Assembly: GCF_000020385.1 (NCBI RefSeq)
Contig: NC_010814.1
Coordinates: 3,000,001 to 3,032,000 of the forward strand
Source: Trichlorobacter lovleyi SZ
Lineage (GTDB): Bacteria; Desulfobacterota; Desulfuromonadia; Geobacterales; Pseudopelobacteraceae
Length of the DNA: 32,000 nt
Reading direction: 5' to 3'
The position numbers and the translations under genes are program-made. The notes beneath the pieces were generated by a model, which saw only the letters and a list, made by a program, of their open reading frames with translations, was not told the DNA's origin and searched no databases. Shown one piece after another: positions 1 to 9,301 of this stretch (the stretch's first letter is position 1; every line of letters starts with the position of its first letter).

Positions 1-708
1 CTGCTCCAGCCCGCCATCTGGCGAGACCAGCCCCAGAAACAGGCTGGGGAAGCTGCCGTAGCAATCAGCCTCCTCAGACAGACGTTGCAGGGCGTCGTAG
101 CCAAGGGCCAGAGCTTTTTTTGCGGTTGCCAGTGCCTCAGGCAGCCGGGCTGCAATCCAGTCCCGCTTGTCTGCTGTCAGCGGCTCCCGTACTCCGCCGG
201 AGACCGCCCAGGCCGGATGCACAGCACGATCACCCAGCAGGCGGATAACCTCTTGCCCAAACTGCCGTAATCGTATGCCCTGCCTGGCAAGATCAGGTTG
301 CGCCTCAATCAGCCCCATCAGGTTGCGCTTGGCCGGATCACTCTCCATCCCCAACAGCAGGTCAGGGCCGGAGAGCAGGAAAAAACTCAAGGCGTGACTC
401 TGTACCAGCTGGGCATAGTGCATCAGACGCCGCAGTTTCTCGGCCGTTGGTGGTATGTTAACCCCTTTGAGCATATCACCGGCCTTGGCCGAGGCCAGGG
501 CATGGCTGACCGGACAGATACCGCAGATCCGCTCGGTAATGGAGGGCATCTCGCGGTAGCTGCGCCCCAGACAGAATTTCTCAAAGCCGCGGAACTCGGT
601 AACATGGAAACGGGCATCAGCCACTTCACCAGCGTCGTTAAGCTGAATGGTGATCTTGGCGTGGCCTTCGATCCGGGTAACCGGCGCTATGGTAATGGTC
701 TTTGACAT
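1..708 (-). CDS. hoxH: [NiFe]-hydrogenase large (catalytic) subunit HoxH, N-terminal 236 codons; the gene continues past the left edge
   Basis: Open reverse frame from ATG at 708-706 to position 1, absent from the ORF track because it has no stop in the window. My translation is [76 protein letters not shown]. It carries the RIEGH and RxCGxCxxxH N-terminal Ni-binding signatures. It starts 5 nt after the hoxY stop. Confidence 0.85.
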   Translation of the reverse strand, partial: MSKTITIAPVTRIEGHAKITIQLNDAGEVADARFHVTEFRGFEKFCLGRSYREMPSITERICGICPVSHALASAKAGDMLKGVNIPPTAEKLRRLMHYAQLVQSHALSFFLLSGPDLLLGMESDPAKRNLMGLIEAQPDLARQGIRLRQFGQEVIRLLGDRAVHPAWAVSGGVREPLTADKRDWIAARLPEALATAKKALALGYDALQRLSEEADCYGSFPSLFLGLVSPDGGLEQ

Positions 709-712
709 AGGC

Positions 713-1252
713 TTACCCAAAGCTCCTCTGTTCTTCACTCAACTCCACCGCTTCCCCCTTCAACAGGGCGGTCAACGCCGCCAGAATCCGCTCCGGATCA
801 GGAGGGCAGCCGGGGATATAGGCATCCACCTCCACCACCTGATGCAGCGGCAGTACCCGCGGCAGCAGTTCCGGCAGCACCTGATCCGCTTCATCACTGC
901 GTGGCGCGCTGCCGGGACCGGCATGGTAGACCGCTGTCAACAGATCATCCACACTGAAGAAATTGCGTAAACTGGTTACATTGCCGGTAATGGCACAGTC
1001 GCCAAAACTGATCAGTAGTTTTGATCGGTTACGAATCTGCTGCAGCAGTTCAAGGTTCTCAAAGTTGGCCACGGCTCCTTCAATCAGGGCCACATCCACC
1101 CCTTCCGGAAACTCCTTGGCATCCACCAGCGGACCATAGACCAGTTCAAGTGCGTCAGCCATGGCAACCAGCTGCTCCCCCAAGTCCAGAAAGCTCATAT
1201 GGCAGCCGGAGCAGCCCCCCAGCCAGGCTGTTGCCAGACGCAACCGGCTCAT
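713..1252 (-). CDS. hoxY: [NiFe]-hydrogenase small subunit (HoxY/delta type, 179 aa)
   Basis: Track [27 protein letters not shown]...[10 protein letters not shown]. It has the short small-subunit form with the proximal-cluster Cys motifs GCxGC and GCPP, typical of cytoplasmic group 3 enzymes. ATGA overlap with the hoxU stop (1249-1252). Confidence 0.85.
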   Translation of the reverse strand: MSRLRLATAWLGGCSGCHMSFLDLGEQLVAMADALELVYGPLVDAKEFPEGVDVALIEGAVANFENLELLQQIRNRSKLLISFGDCAITGNVTSLRNFFSVDDLLTAVYHAGPGSAPRSDEADQVLPELLPRVLPLHQVVEVDAYIPGCPPDPERILAALTALLKGEAVELSEEQRSFG

Positions 1253-1971
1253 GGCGTACCCCCTTGGGCTGCCAGCCGCCGCCGCTCCAGAATCCGGTTC
1301 AGGAAACTGCGCTCCTTCTTCATCTCACCTACCGTGGCCCCTTTCTTGAACAGGGCGCCGGTGGGGCAGAGCTGGACACATTTGCCGCAGTCAGTACAAC
1401 TGGTGCTGGTACCCCAGGGACGATCCAGGTCTGCCACGATCCTGCTGGTGGAGCCGCGTCCCCGCACATCCCAGGTATGGGCGCCTTCCACGGCATCGCA
1501 GACCCGCACGCAGCGCAGGCAGAGCACACAACGGTTGTGGTCCAGGGCAAACCGCTCGCGGCTGGCATCCATCGGCAGTTGCTGATGCAGGTAGTCAAAG
1601 CGGACATGGTCGATCCCCAGTCGGGCAGCCAGGATCTGCAGCTCGCAGTTGTTGTTCTGCACGCAGATGGAACAGGTATGGGTCCGCTCCGCCAACAGCA
1701 GCTCCACCAGCATCTTGCGGTATTCCACAAGCTTGTCGCTGTGGGTGATCACCACCATCCCCTCAGCCGCCCTGGTGACGCATGAGGGAACCGGGCGCGA
1801 AGTCCCCTGCAGTTCCACCAGACAAAGGCGGCAGCCCCCCATCGCCTCAAGGCCATCCAGGTGGCAGAGGGTGGGAATCTCGATCCCGTGCTCACGGGCC
1901 ACTTCAAGCAGGGTCTGCCCCTGACGGGCAGAGACCAGGTCATTATTGATGGTCAGGGTTATGGCCGGCAT
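1249..1971 (-). CDS. hoxU: Diaphorase Fe-S subunit HoxU (NuoG N-terminal-like; 2Fe-2S plus 4Fe-4S motifs)
   Basis: 240 aa. Has an N-terminal 2Fe-2S ferredoxin fold ([18 protein letters not shown]), a CxxCxxxC-type [12 protein letters not shown] motif, and ferredoxin-type motifs [11 protein letters not shown] and [12 protein letters not shown]. Its start overlaps the hoxF stop by 1 nt (TGATG). Confidence 0.85.
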   Translation of the reverse strand: MPAITLTINNDLVSARQGQTLLEVAREHGIEIPTLCHLDGLEAMGGCRLCLVELQGTSRPVPSCVTRAAEGMVVITHSDKLVEYRKMLVELLLAERTHTCSICVQNNNCELQILAARLGIDHVRFDYLHQQLPMDASRERFALDHNRCVLCLRCVRVCDAVEGAHTWDVRGRGSTSRIVADLDRPWGTSTSCTDCGKCVQLCPTGALFKKGATVGEMKKERSFLNRILERRRLAAQGGTP

Positions 1972-3689
1972 CAGTATCCCTCCCCGTCACAGCGCAGTGC
2001 CGCGATCCGCTGCAGCAACTGTTCACCCAGCAGGTGCAACGGCAGTTGATCCATGCTGCAGACCCCGGCCGGACAGCGCCGTCCGCCCACATGGGCCTCA
2101 TACTCTGCCCTGAACCAGCGCAGGGTGGACAGCACCGGGTTAGGTGCCGCCGCCCCCAGCCCGCAGAGCGAGGTATCCTTTACCATCCGGCAGAGCTGCT
2201 CCAGGGTCTGCAGATCCCGTTGAGAAGCGCTGCCGTTGCAGATCCGTGAAAGCAGACGGTAGATCTCCACCGTGCCGGTGCGGCAGGGCACGCACTTGCC
2301 GCAGCTCTCATCCAGGCAGAACTCCATGAAAAAGCGGGCCACATCCACCATGCAGCTCTGCTCCCCCATTACGATAAGACCGCCGGAACCCATGATCGAA
2401 CCCAGCGCCTGCAGGTTCTCGTAATCCACCGGTGTATCCAGCTTTTCAGCCGGGATACAACCACCACTGGGGCCGCCGGTCTGGGCTGCCTTGAAGGCGG
2501 CGCCGTTTGCCAGACCTCCACCGATCTCAAACACAATCTCCCGCAGCGAGATCCCCATCGGCACCTCAATCAGGCCGTTGTTGACCACCTCTCCGCAGAG
2601 GGCAAAGACCTTGGTGCCCCGGCTCTTGCCGTTGCCGATGGCGTTAAAGGCCTGGGGGCCGATGCTGAAGATGGAGGGGATATTGCCGAAGGTTTCCACA
2701 TTGTTGATCAGGGTGGGACAGCCCCACAGCCCTGCCTCGGCCGGATAAGGGGGGCGGATGCGGGGCTGGCCGCGCCTGCCCATGATCGAGGCCAGCAGCG
2801 CGGTCTCTTCACCGCAGACAAAGGCACCGGCACCGATCCGGATATCGATCCTGAAGCTGAAGCTGGAATCCAGCACCCGGCTGCCCAACAGCCCGGCCCG
2901 CTCCGCATCCTTGATCGCCTTGCGCAGCCGCTGGGCAGCCACCGGATACTCGCCCCGCACATAGACATAGCCCTGCTCGGCACCAATGGCATACCCCGCA
3001 ATGGCCATCCCCTCCAGAATTCGATGGGGGTCTGACTCCATCAGCGAGCGGTCCATGTAGGCACCGGGATCGCCTTCATCGCCGTTGGCCACCACAAACT
3101 TGCGGCTGCCGCTGCTCTTGCGTACCAGTTGCCATTTGAGGCCGGTGGGGTAGCCGCCACCGCCCCTGCCCCGCAGGCCGCTCTGCACGACGCCGCTGCA
3201 GACATCGTCAGGGGTCATCTCATGCAGCGCCTGAGCCAGACTTTCATAGCCGCCACGGCCTATGTACTGGTCAAGGGATTCAGGATCTATTTTGCCGCTG
3301 TTGGCCAGCACCAGCCGGGTCTGGCACCTGAAAAACGGCCAGTCTGCAGGCAACAGGTTTGCATCCGGTACAGCTGTCTGCTGCAGCTCTGCCTCAAGGA
3401 TCGACACCGCCAGCTCCGGCGTACTCTTCTCCCAGACCTGCTCAGGCTGACCAGGACGCAGCATCGTCAGCAACGGGCCACGGCTGCAGGGCCCCTGGCA
3501 GCCGGTTCCCACCAGCTCCAGATCAGCCGGATTACCTAGACTGGCAAGCCGTTCCCTCAGAGCAGCCATCACCGCCTCAGCACCGGCCGCGACACAGGGG
3601 GTGCCGCAACAGACCATCAGACGCAGACGACAGGACTGCTGTTGGGCTGTCACCGCTTCGGCCAGTTCAGCCAGTTCAACCCTGTTCAT
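1971..3689 (-). CDS. hoxF: Diaphorase NAD(H)/FMN-binding subunit HoxF (NuoF-like, 572 aa)
   Basis: NuoF-family motifs are present: [13 protein letters not shown], the FMN/NADH region [12 protein letters not shown], and the C-terminal 4Fe-4S motif [17 protein letters not shown] lies 5 nt upstream of the ATG. 14-nt overlap with the hoxE 3' end. Confidence 0.9.
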   Translation of the reverse strand: MNRVELAELAEAVTAQQQSCRLRLMVCCGTPCVAAGAEAVMAALRERLASLGNPADLELVGTGCQGPCSRGPLLTMLRPGQPEQVWEKSTPELAVSILEAELQQTAVPDANLLPADWPFFRCQTRLVLANSGKIDPESLDQYIGRGGYESLAQALHEMTPDDVCSGVVQSGLRGRGGGGYPTGLKWQLVRKSSGSRKFVVANGDEGDPGAYMDRSLMESDPHRILEGMAIAGYAIGAEQGYVYVRGEYPVAAQRLRKAIKDAERAGLLGSRVLDSSFSFRIDIRIGAGAFVCGEETALLASIMGRRGQPRIRPPYPAEAGLWGCPTLINNVETFGNIPSIFSIGPQAFNAIGNGKSRGTKVFALCGEVVNNGLIEVPMGISLREIVFEIGGGLANGAAFKAAQTGGPSGGCIPAEKLDTPVDYENLQALGSIMGSGGLIVMGEQSCMVDVARFFMEFCLDESCGKCVPCRTGTVEIYRLLSRICNGSASQRDLQTLEQLCRMVKDTSLCGLGAAAPNPVLSTLRWFRAEYEAHVGGRRCPAGVCSMDQLPLHLLGEQLLQRIAALRCDGEGY

Positions 3690-4191
3690 GGGGTACCTCC
3701 AGCAGCCTGTTCAACTTATCAACCGCACCATCCGGGCTCTCCGGGCCATGCACCGTATCATCCAGCATCATCATCGGCGCCAGGGAACAGTTGCCCAGGC
3801 AGCGGGCCGTGCCCAGCGAGAGCCTGCCATCAGCCGTGGTCTGTCCGGCCTTGATCCCTGCCGCCTGCTCCAGCCTGCCCAGTATCTCGCCCGCCCCTTT
3901 GACATAACAGGCCGTGCCGGTACAAACGATGCAGGAATGCTCACCCTTGGGACGCAGGGTAAAGAAATGGTAGAAGGTGGCCACGCCAAAGACCTGGCTT
4001 TCCGGCAGCTTCAACCGGGCCGCAACATGGGCCAGCAGTTCGCGACTTAAATAGCCGAACGCCTCCTGGGCCGTATGCAACACCTCAATCAGGGCATCCG
4101 GCTGGTACTGCAAGCGCTTCATGGCCCGCTCCACCAACTTCAGGCGGGGATCATCGGCCAGCAGTGCATGTTCGCAGCAATCACCACTCAT
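3676..4191 (-). CDS. hoxE: Diaphorase 2Fe-2S subunit HoxE (NuoE-like)
   Basis: NuoE/thioredoxin-like 2Fe-2S pattern (C..VCTGTAC...GNCSLAP). I chose the internal ATG at 4191 (MSGDCCEH...) because AAGGAG sits 7 nt upstream. The track's longer 4287 start would cover the divergent promoter region. Confidence 0.8.
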   Translation of the reverse strand: MSGDCCEHALLADDPRLKLVERAMKRLQYQPDALIEVLHTAQEAFGYLSRELLAHVAARLKLPESQVFGVATFYHFFTLRPKGEHSCIVCTGTACYVKGAGEILGRLEQAAGIKAGQTTADGRLSLGTARCLGNCSLAPMMMLDDTVHGPESPDGAVDKLNRLLEVPHEQG

Positions 4192-4249
4192 AGGCACTCC
4201 TTTACGGGTTAAACATGAATATTCCCGTATAGTTTTAGATACAACCGAT

Positions 4250-4263
4250 TTGACGATTGTCAA
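4250..4263. promoter_or_regulatory. Perfect FNR-class palindrome TTGAC-N4-GTCAA in the hoxE / DUF4177 divergent intergenic region
   Basis: Read directly as TTGACgattGTCAA. It lies 59 bp upstream of the hoxE ATG and 65 bp upstream of the 4328 ATG. On the minus strand the right half reads TTGACA, so it could also be an ordinary -35 box (TTGACA-18-TCTAAA). Confidence 0.35.
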
Positions 4264-4327
4264 GACCGCTTTCCGGATTGTAACCAACCTGTATGATCAG
4301 GTAGTATACCGCGAAGGGAGGTGTCTC

Positions 4328-4507
4328 ATGCTGCAGTACAAAGTTGTAGAACTGTCCAATGTCACAGAAGAGGCCATTGAAGAGGCCTTGAACGAGAAGG
4401 TTGCCGAAGGATGGAGTTTTGACGGCATGCAGTTTTCCATGCGGGAAAGCAGCAAGCGCCCGTCCATGGCCTTTCTGCTGTTTACGCGGGATCAAGACAA
4501 GGCATAA
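4328..4507 (+). CDS. Small DUF4177-like protein (59 aa)
   Basis: MLQYKVVELSN...AEGWSFDGMQF... matches my memory of the DUF4177 pattern (M.YKVV ... GW.L). GGGAGG lies 6 nt upstream of the ATG at 4328. The track's 4121 start is antisense to hoxE, so I rejected it. Confidence 0.6.
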   Translation: MLQYKVVELSNVTEEAIEEALNEKVAEGWSFDGMQFSMRESSKRPSMAFLLFTRDQDKA

Positions 4508-4532
4508 CCCTATTAACCGGAGGTCTTTCACT

Positions 4533-5819
4533 GTGTACCGTTTTTACATAGTCTGTATCCTACTGTTGTTGAGTGCAACCTCTGCCTCAGCCGCTGTGCC
4601 TGCCTCTTCCATCAACCTGAGTGTGGAGACCTCGGCGGCTGACCTCTCGGCAATAGTTAACCAGTCACTGCCCCAGGAACTGTACAAGGGGCAAGGCGGG
4701 CTGGGCACCTCGGTCAAGGTGCTGCGCACCGGGCCGGTGGCGGTAACGGCCAACGACAACTTCATTTACCTGACCCTGCCAATTCAGCTGACCTTCAGCT
4801 ATGGCTTTTACGAGAGCTATCCACTGCGGGCCGGGCTGCGCTTCAAGGCCAGGGTGAACATCACTCCGGATTGGCGTCTGAAGACCGAGCTGTACTACAC
4901 CGGCCTGTCAGACAATCTGGCCGACACCCTCAAGCTGGGGCCGCTTTCCCTGAAACCGAAAAGTATGGTTGAAGGGATTACCCAGCCGGTACAGCGGCTG
5001 CTGGCACCGATCATAGACAACAAAGTCAACGATGCGGTCCAGTTGCGGGCCAAGGTTGCCCCCCTGTGGCAGAACGCCTTTACCCCGTCCATGATCAACA
5101 AGGATTTCAGCACCTGGCTGAAGCTGACCCCGGAAAGGGTCGTGATCAGCCCGTTGCAGGCCGTAAACAACCGGATCAGCCTGTCAATTGGTGTTATCAC
5201 CGGCGCAGCAGTAACGGTGGGTCCCAAGCCTGCTGCAACTCCGGCACGCCCCCTGCCGCCGGTACAGCAGGTATCGACCTTTGATAAACAGTTTAATATC
5301 CAGCTTGCCACCGATATCTTTTTTGAGGATCTGGTGACGGCCCTGAATCCGGTACTACTGGACAAAACCTTTGGCGAAGACAAGAAGATCACCATTAAGA
5401 AGTTCAGTATGAAGGGTGAAGAAGGCCGTTTGATGGTAAACCTGACCAGTACCGGTGAGTTTGATGGTGAACTGACCGTGCTGGCCAAGCCGGCCTACAA
5501 CCCGCAGACCAACAGCCTGACCTTTGAAGAGGTTGATTTTGATACCAGGCATGCCGGATGGCTGATCAGTGCCGGCAGTTGGCTGTTCAGCAGCACGATC
5601 CGCAGCACCATTAAAGAAAAGCTGGACAGCGCCATAGTAGAACAGTTGGAAAAGGCCCGTATCAAGGCATCCTCAACCCTGTCTTCAATGCAACTTGCCG
5701 AACGGGTCAGACTGAGCGGCACAGTGAAGGCACTCTCCCTTGGCGAGGCAGCTGTGCTGCAGGATCACCTGTCTGTGCAGGTGGTGGCCCAGGGCGAGGC
5801 ATCCGTTCTGTTGAAGTAG
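4533..5819 (+). CDS. Secreted protein of unknown function (DUF4403-like, 428 aa)
   Basis: GTG at 4533 is preceded by GGAGG at 4520-4524. N-terminal signal peptide VYRFYIVCILLLLSATSASA/AV. Size and composition fit DUF4403 as I recall it. The family assignment is from memory and is not verified. Confidence 0.6.
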   Translation: MYRFYIVCILLLLSATSASAAVPASSINLSVETSAADLSAIVNQSLPQELYKGQGGLGTSVKVLRTGPVAVTANDNFIYLTLPIQLTFSYGFYESYPLRAGLRFKARVNITPDWRLKTELYYTGLSDNLADTLKLGPLSLKPKSMVEGITQPVQRLLAPIIDNKVNDAVQLRAKVAPLWQNAFTPSMINKDFSTWLKLTPERVVISPLQAVNNRISLSIGVITGAAVTVGPKPAATPARPLPPVQQVSTFDKQFNIQLATDIFFEDLVTALNPVLLDKTFGEDKKITIKKFSMKGEEGRLMVNLTSTGEFDGELTVLAKPAYNPQTNSLTFEEVDFDTRHAGWLISAGSWLFSSTIRSTIKEKLDSAIVEQLEKARIKASSTLSSMQLAERVRLSGTVKALSLGEAAVLQDHLSVQVVAQGEASVLLK

Positions 5820-5847
5820 CTTTAACTCCAACTAAAGGCAATATCCC

Positions 5848-8514
5848 ATGAATAACACGCTGTATCTGATCGACGGTTCATCCTACCTCTACCGGGCCTA
5901 CTTTGCCATCAAGCGGCTGTCGTCCCCCAGCGGCTTTCCCACCAATGCCATCTACGGCTTTACCCAGATGCTGCTGAAGCTGTTGAAGGACTACCAGCCG
6001 CACCACGTTGCCATGGTATTTGATGTGGGGCGAGTCACCTTCCGCACCGAACTGTACCCGGCCTACAAGGCCAACCGGGCCGAGATGCCGGATGACCTGC
6101 GCCAGCAAATCGGGCCGATCCGCGATCTGGTGCGGGCCTTCAATATCCCGGTGGTGGAGTTGCAAGGGTACGAGGCTGACGATCTGATCGGCACCCTGGC
6201 AGCCCGCTGGGAGGCCACCGGCGGCCAGGTGGTGGTGGTGACCGGCGACAAGGACCTGATGCAGATCGTGACTGAGCAGACGACCCTGCTGGACACCATG
6301 AAAAACGTGACCTCTGCCATCCCCCAGGTGCATGAGCGTTTCGGCGTGGGACCGGAAGGGGTGATCGACATCCTGGGTCTGGCCGGTGACAGCTCCGACA
6401 ATATCCCCGGTGTGCCGGGGATTGGCGAGAAGACCGCCATCAAGCTGGTCCAGCAGTTTGGCTCCATGGACAACCTGCTGGAGCGGGCTGCAGAGGTGCC
6501 GGGCAAGGTTGGCGAGAAGCTGCGGGAGTTTAGCGAACAGGCCCGTCTTTCCCGCACCCTGGCCACCATTATCAAGGATGTGCCCTATGAGCTGCACCCG
6601 GATCAGCTGCTAGCGCAGGAACCGGACACCGAACGGCTGAACGAGCTATTCAAGCTGTACGGCTTCCACACCCTGATCAAGGAGATGACCGCCCAGGCCA
6701 CCCTGCAGACCGACCAGTACCACTGCATCCTGACAAACGAAGATCTGGAAAAACTGGCCCTGCGCCTGGAGGCAGCTCCTGCCTTTGCCTTTGATACCGA
6801 GACCACCGGCCTTGATCCACGCACAGCAGAACTAGTGGGTATTTCCATCTCGCTGCAGGCGCATGAGGCGTTCTACATCCCGGTGGGGCACCGCTATCTG
6901 GGGATGCCGGATCAGCTGCCACGGGAGACCGTGCTGGAACGCCTGCGCCCTGCCTTTGGCAACCCGGCCATCCGCAAGGTGGGCCAGAACCTTAAGTTTG
7001 ACCTGCAGATACTGGCGGTTGCCGGGCTGGAGGTCCAGGGCAGCTGGTGCGACACCATGCTCTGTTCCTACCTGCTGAACCCCTCCCGCGGCGGCCACGG
7101 CCTGGATGCCCTGGCACAGGAGCACCTCAATCACAAGATGATCTCCTACGACGAGGTGACCGGCTCCGGCAAAAACCGGATCTGCTTCAGCGAGGTGGAG
7201 GTTGAGAAGGCCACCCGCTACGCGGCCGAGGATGCCGATGCCACCTGGCTGCTGCATGAGAAGCTGCTGCCGATGCTGAAAGAACAGGGGCTGGAGAAGC
7301 TGCTGTTTGAGCTGGAGATGCCGCTGATGGAGATCATGACCCGGATGGAACAGCATGGCGTGCTGCTGGATCTGGCCTATCTGGCCGAGCTGGGTAACGG
7401 TTTTGGCCAGCGGATGCAGGAGCTGGAAAAGCGGATCATTGAGCTGGCAGGCGGTCCGTTTAACCTCAACTCTCCCAAACAGCTGGAAGAGGTACTGTTT
7501 GAACGGCTGGGGCTGCAGGCAGGCAAGAAGACCAAGGGCAAGACCGGCCGTTCCACTGACAACGAGGTGCTGACCGGCCTGGCAGAGGAACATGAAATTG
7601 CCAAACTGCTGCTGGATTACCGCGGGCTGACCAAACTGAAGTCCACCTATACCGATGCCTTGGCCAAGCTGACCGACAGGCAGGGCCGTGTCCATACCTC
7701 CTATAACCAGGCGGTGACTGCCACCGGACGGCTCTCCTCATCAGACCCCAACCTTCAGAATATCCCGATCCGCACTGACGAAGGCCGCCGTATCCGCGAG
7801 GCGTTTATCGCCCCACCCGGTTGTGTGATCCTGGCTGCCGACTACTCCCAGATCGAGCTGCGGGTGCTGGCTCACCTCTCGCAAGATCCAGTCTTCTGTG
7901 ATGCCTTCAGTCAGGACGAGGATATCCATACCCGTACTGCCAGTGAGGTGTTCGGCCTGTTCCCGGAGATGGTGACCAGCGAGATGCGGCGTCAGGCCAA
8001 AACCATCAACTTCGGCATCATCTACGGCCAGGGGGCCTTCTCGCTGGCCAAGCAGCTGGGAGTGGCCCGCAACGTGGCAGAGAAGTTCATAGCCGCCTAC
8101 AAAGAGCGCCACAGCGGGGCAATTGCCTTTCTTGATTCCTGCATCGCCAGCGCAAAAGAGACAGGATATGTCACAACTATTTTGGGGCGTAAACTGCCGA
8201 TTGCAGACATCACCAGCTCCAACGGTAACCTGCGTTCCTTTGCAGAACGTAACGCCATCAACTACCCGATCCAGGGTTCGGCAGCAGATATCATCAAACA
8301 GGCCATGCTGGGGGTGGATCGTGCCATCCGTGCCGAAGGGCTGCAAAGCCGCCTGATCATGCAGGTGCATGACGAACTGGTCTTTGAGGTGCTGGAGACA
8401 GAACTGGAACAGATGCGGGAACTGGTGAACCGGGAGATGTCGCAGGCGGTAGCCTTAAAGGTGCCGTTGAAGGTAGATATACAGTGGGGAAAAAACTGGA
8501 GTGAAGCGCATTAA
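5848..8514 (+). CDS. polA: DNA polymerase I (5'-3' exonuclease, 3'-5' exonuclease and polymerase domains; 888 aa)
   Basis: Full-length Pol I. N-terminal FEN-like region (LIDGSSYLYRAYFA), exonuclease motif FDTETTGL, and polymerase motifs DYSQIELRVLAH, RRQAKTINFGIIYG and QVHDELVFE. Confidence 0.97.
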   Translation: MNNTLYLIDGSSYLYRAYFAIKRLSSPSGFPTNAIYGFTQMLLKLLKDYQPHHVAMVFDVGRVTFRTELYPAYKANRAEMPDDLRQQIGPIRDLVRAFNIPVVELQGYEADDLIGTLAARWEATGGQVVVVTGDKDLMQIVTEQTTLLDTMKNVTSAIPQVHERFGVGPEGVIDILGLAGDSSDNIPGVPGIGEKTAIKLVQQFGSMDNLLERAAEVPGKVGEKLREFSEQARLSRTLATIIKDVPYELHPDQLLAQEPDTERLNELFKLYGFHTLIKEMTAQATLQTDQYHCILTNEDLEKLALRLEAAPAFAFDTETTGLDPRTAELVGISISLQAHEAFYIPVGHRYLGMPDQLPRETVLERLRPAFGNPAIRKVGQNLKFDLQILAVAGLEVQGSWCDTMLCSYLLNPSRGGHGLDALAQEHLNHKMISYDEVTGSGKNRICFSEVEVEKATRYAAEDADATWLLHEKLLPMLKEQGLEKLLFELEMPLMEIMTRMEQHGVLLDLAYLAELGNGFGQRMQELEKRIIELAGGPFNLNSPKQLEEVLFERLGLQAGKKTKGKTGRSTDNEVLTGLAEEHEIAKLLLDYRGLTKLKSTYTDALAKLTDRQGRVHTSYNQAVTATGRLSSSDPNLQNIPIRTDEGRRIREAFIAPPGCVILAADYSQIELRVLAHLSQDPVFCDAFSQDEDIHTRTASEVFGLFPEMVTSEMRRQAKTINFGIIYGQGAFSLAKQLGVARNVAEKFIAAYKERHSGAIAFLDSCIASAKETGYVTTILGRKLPIADITSSNGNLRSFAERNAINYPIQGSAADIIKQAMLGVDRAIRAEGLQSRLIMQVHDELVFEVLETELEQMRELVNREMSQAVALKVPLKVDIQWGKNWSEAH

Positions 8515-8516
8515 CC

Positions 8517-9146
8517 ATGAAATCCGAGCAGTGTCAGGCCATTATCCTTTCAACCCTCAACTACGGCGAGAGCGACCGGATTGTGTCACTCTTCACCCTG
8601 GAGCATGGCCGCTTGCGCGGTTTTGCCAAGTCTGCACGGGCCAGCCGCAAGCGGTTTGGCGGACAGCTTGAGCCGGCCAACCGGCTTGCAGTGACCTTGT
8701 CCCTGAGAGAAGATGGCTTAAGCAGAATTGAACGGGTCGAGCAGAGCAACTGCTACCCGGAACTGCGGGAACGGCTTGAATCTCTGGCCCTGGCACTGTA
8801 TGCTTGCGAACTGGTTGAGGCGTTGACCCCGGAAGGACATCCCCTGCCCAGGCTGTTCAGGCTGTTATCCACACTGTTCGAACACCTGGCAGGCCAGTCC
8901 GGATCACCGACCGATCGGCGTTTTTTTGAAATGAACCTTCTGAACATTCTGGGCTATCGCCCGGCACTGGATACGGCGGCACTGCAGCCGCTGTCCGATT
9001 GCCTGAAGACCGGCAGTTTTGGAAGGGTCCGCTTCAATGATACTGAACTGGAAACGGCAGGACGTTTACTTGACAGGGAGATTGCCGGGCACTGTTCACG
9101 TCCGTTAAAAAGTCTCACATTTCTTGAAGATCTGGCAGGCTATTGA
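8517..9146 (+). CDS. recO: DNA repair protein RecO (209 aa, no C-terminal Cys4 zinc finger)
   Basis: N-terminal OB-fold signature ...AIILSTLNYGESDRIVSLFTLEHGRLRGFAKSARASRKRFGG.LEP... Starts 3 nt after the polA stop. Confidence 0.8.
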   Translation: MKSEQCQAIILSTLNYGESDRIVSLFTLEHGRLRGFAKSARASRKRFGGQLEPANRLAVTLSLREDGLSRIERVEQSNCYPELRERLESLALALYACELVEALTPEGHPLPRLFRLLSTLFEHLAGQSGSPTDRRFFEMNLLNILGYRPALDTAALQPLSDCLKTGSFGRVRFNDTELETAGRLLDREIAGHCSRPLKSLTFLEDLAGY

Positions 9147-9270
9147 AAAACGTTGTGAGGAAGCACGGCTATAAGGCGCACGGCGCACAGCGACTGAGAC
9201 ATAACAGACAGTTAGGCGAAGGAGCGAGCACCGCGCAACGCCGTAGACGGGCTCCGCAATAGTTTTTCAA
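9143..9270. repeat. 128-bp intergenic palindromic (REP/MITE-like) element
   Basis: 9-bp perfect terminal inverted repeat TTGAAAAAC (9143-9151) / GTTTTTCAA (9262-9270), continuing inward as an imperfect repeat of about 25 bp. Internal tandem heptamer GGCGCAC GGCGCAC. Overlaps the recO stop codon. Copy number cannot be judged from one window. Confidence 0.3.
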
Positions 9271-9301
9271 CAGCTTGCCAGGCTGAAGGGGGATAAGATT
9301 G

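Noticed and set aside
4192-4287. Longer N-terminal extensions offered by the ORF track: hoxE to 4287, tkt to 14963, hsp20 to 18876, the DUF4403-like gene from 4401, the phosphoesterase to 20438, DUF4177 from 4121
   Set aside because: In each case an internal start has a proper Shine-Dalgarno and gives a family-typical length. The extension either overlaps a neighbouring gene or promoter, or begins at a TTG with no SD.
8517-9146. recO as a truncated pseudogene (209 aa, no CxxC...CxxC zinc finger)
   Set aside because: The frame is intact from a coupled start to a normal stop. The OB-fold and helical regions are present. Zinc-finger-less RecO proteins exist (for example E. coli). There is no evidence of a frameshift.
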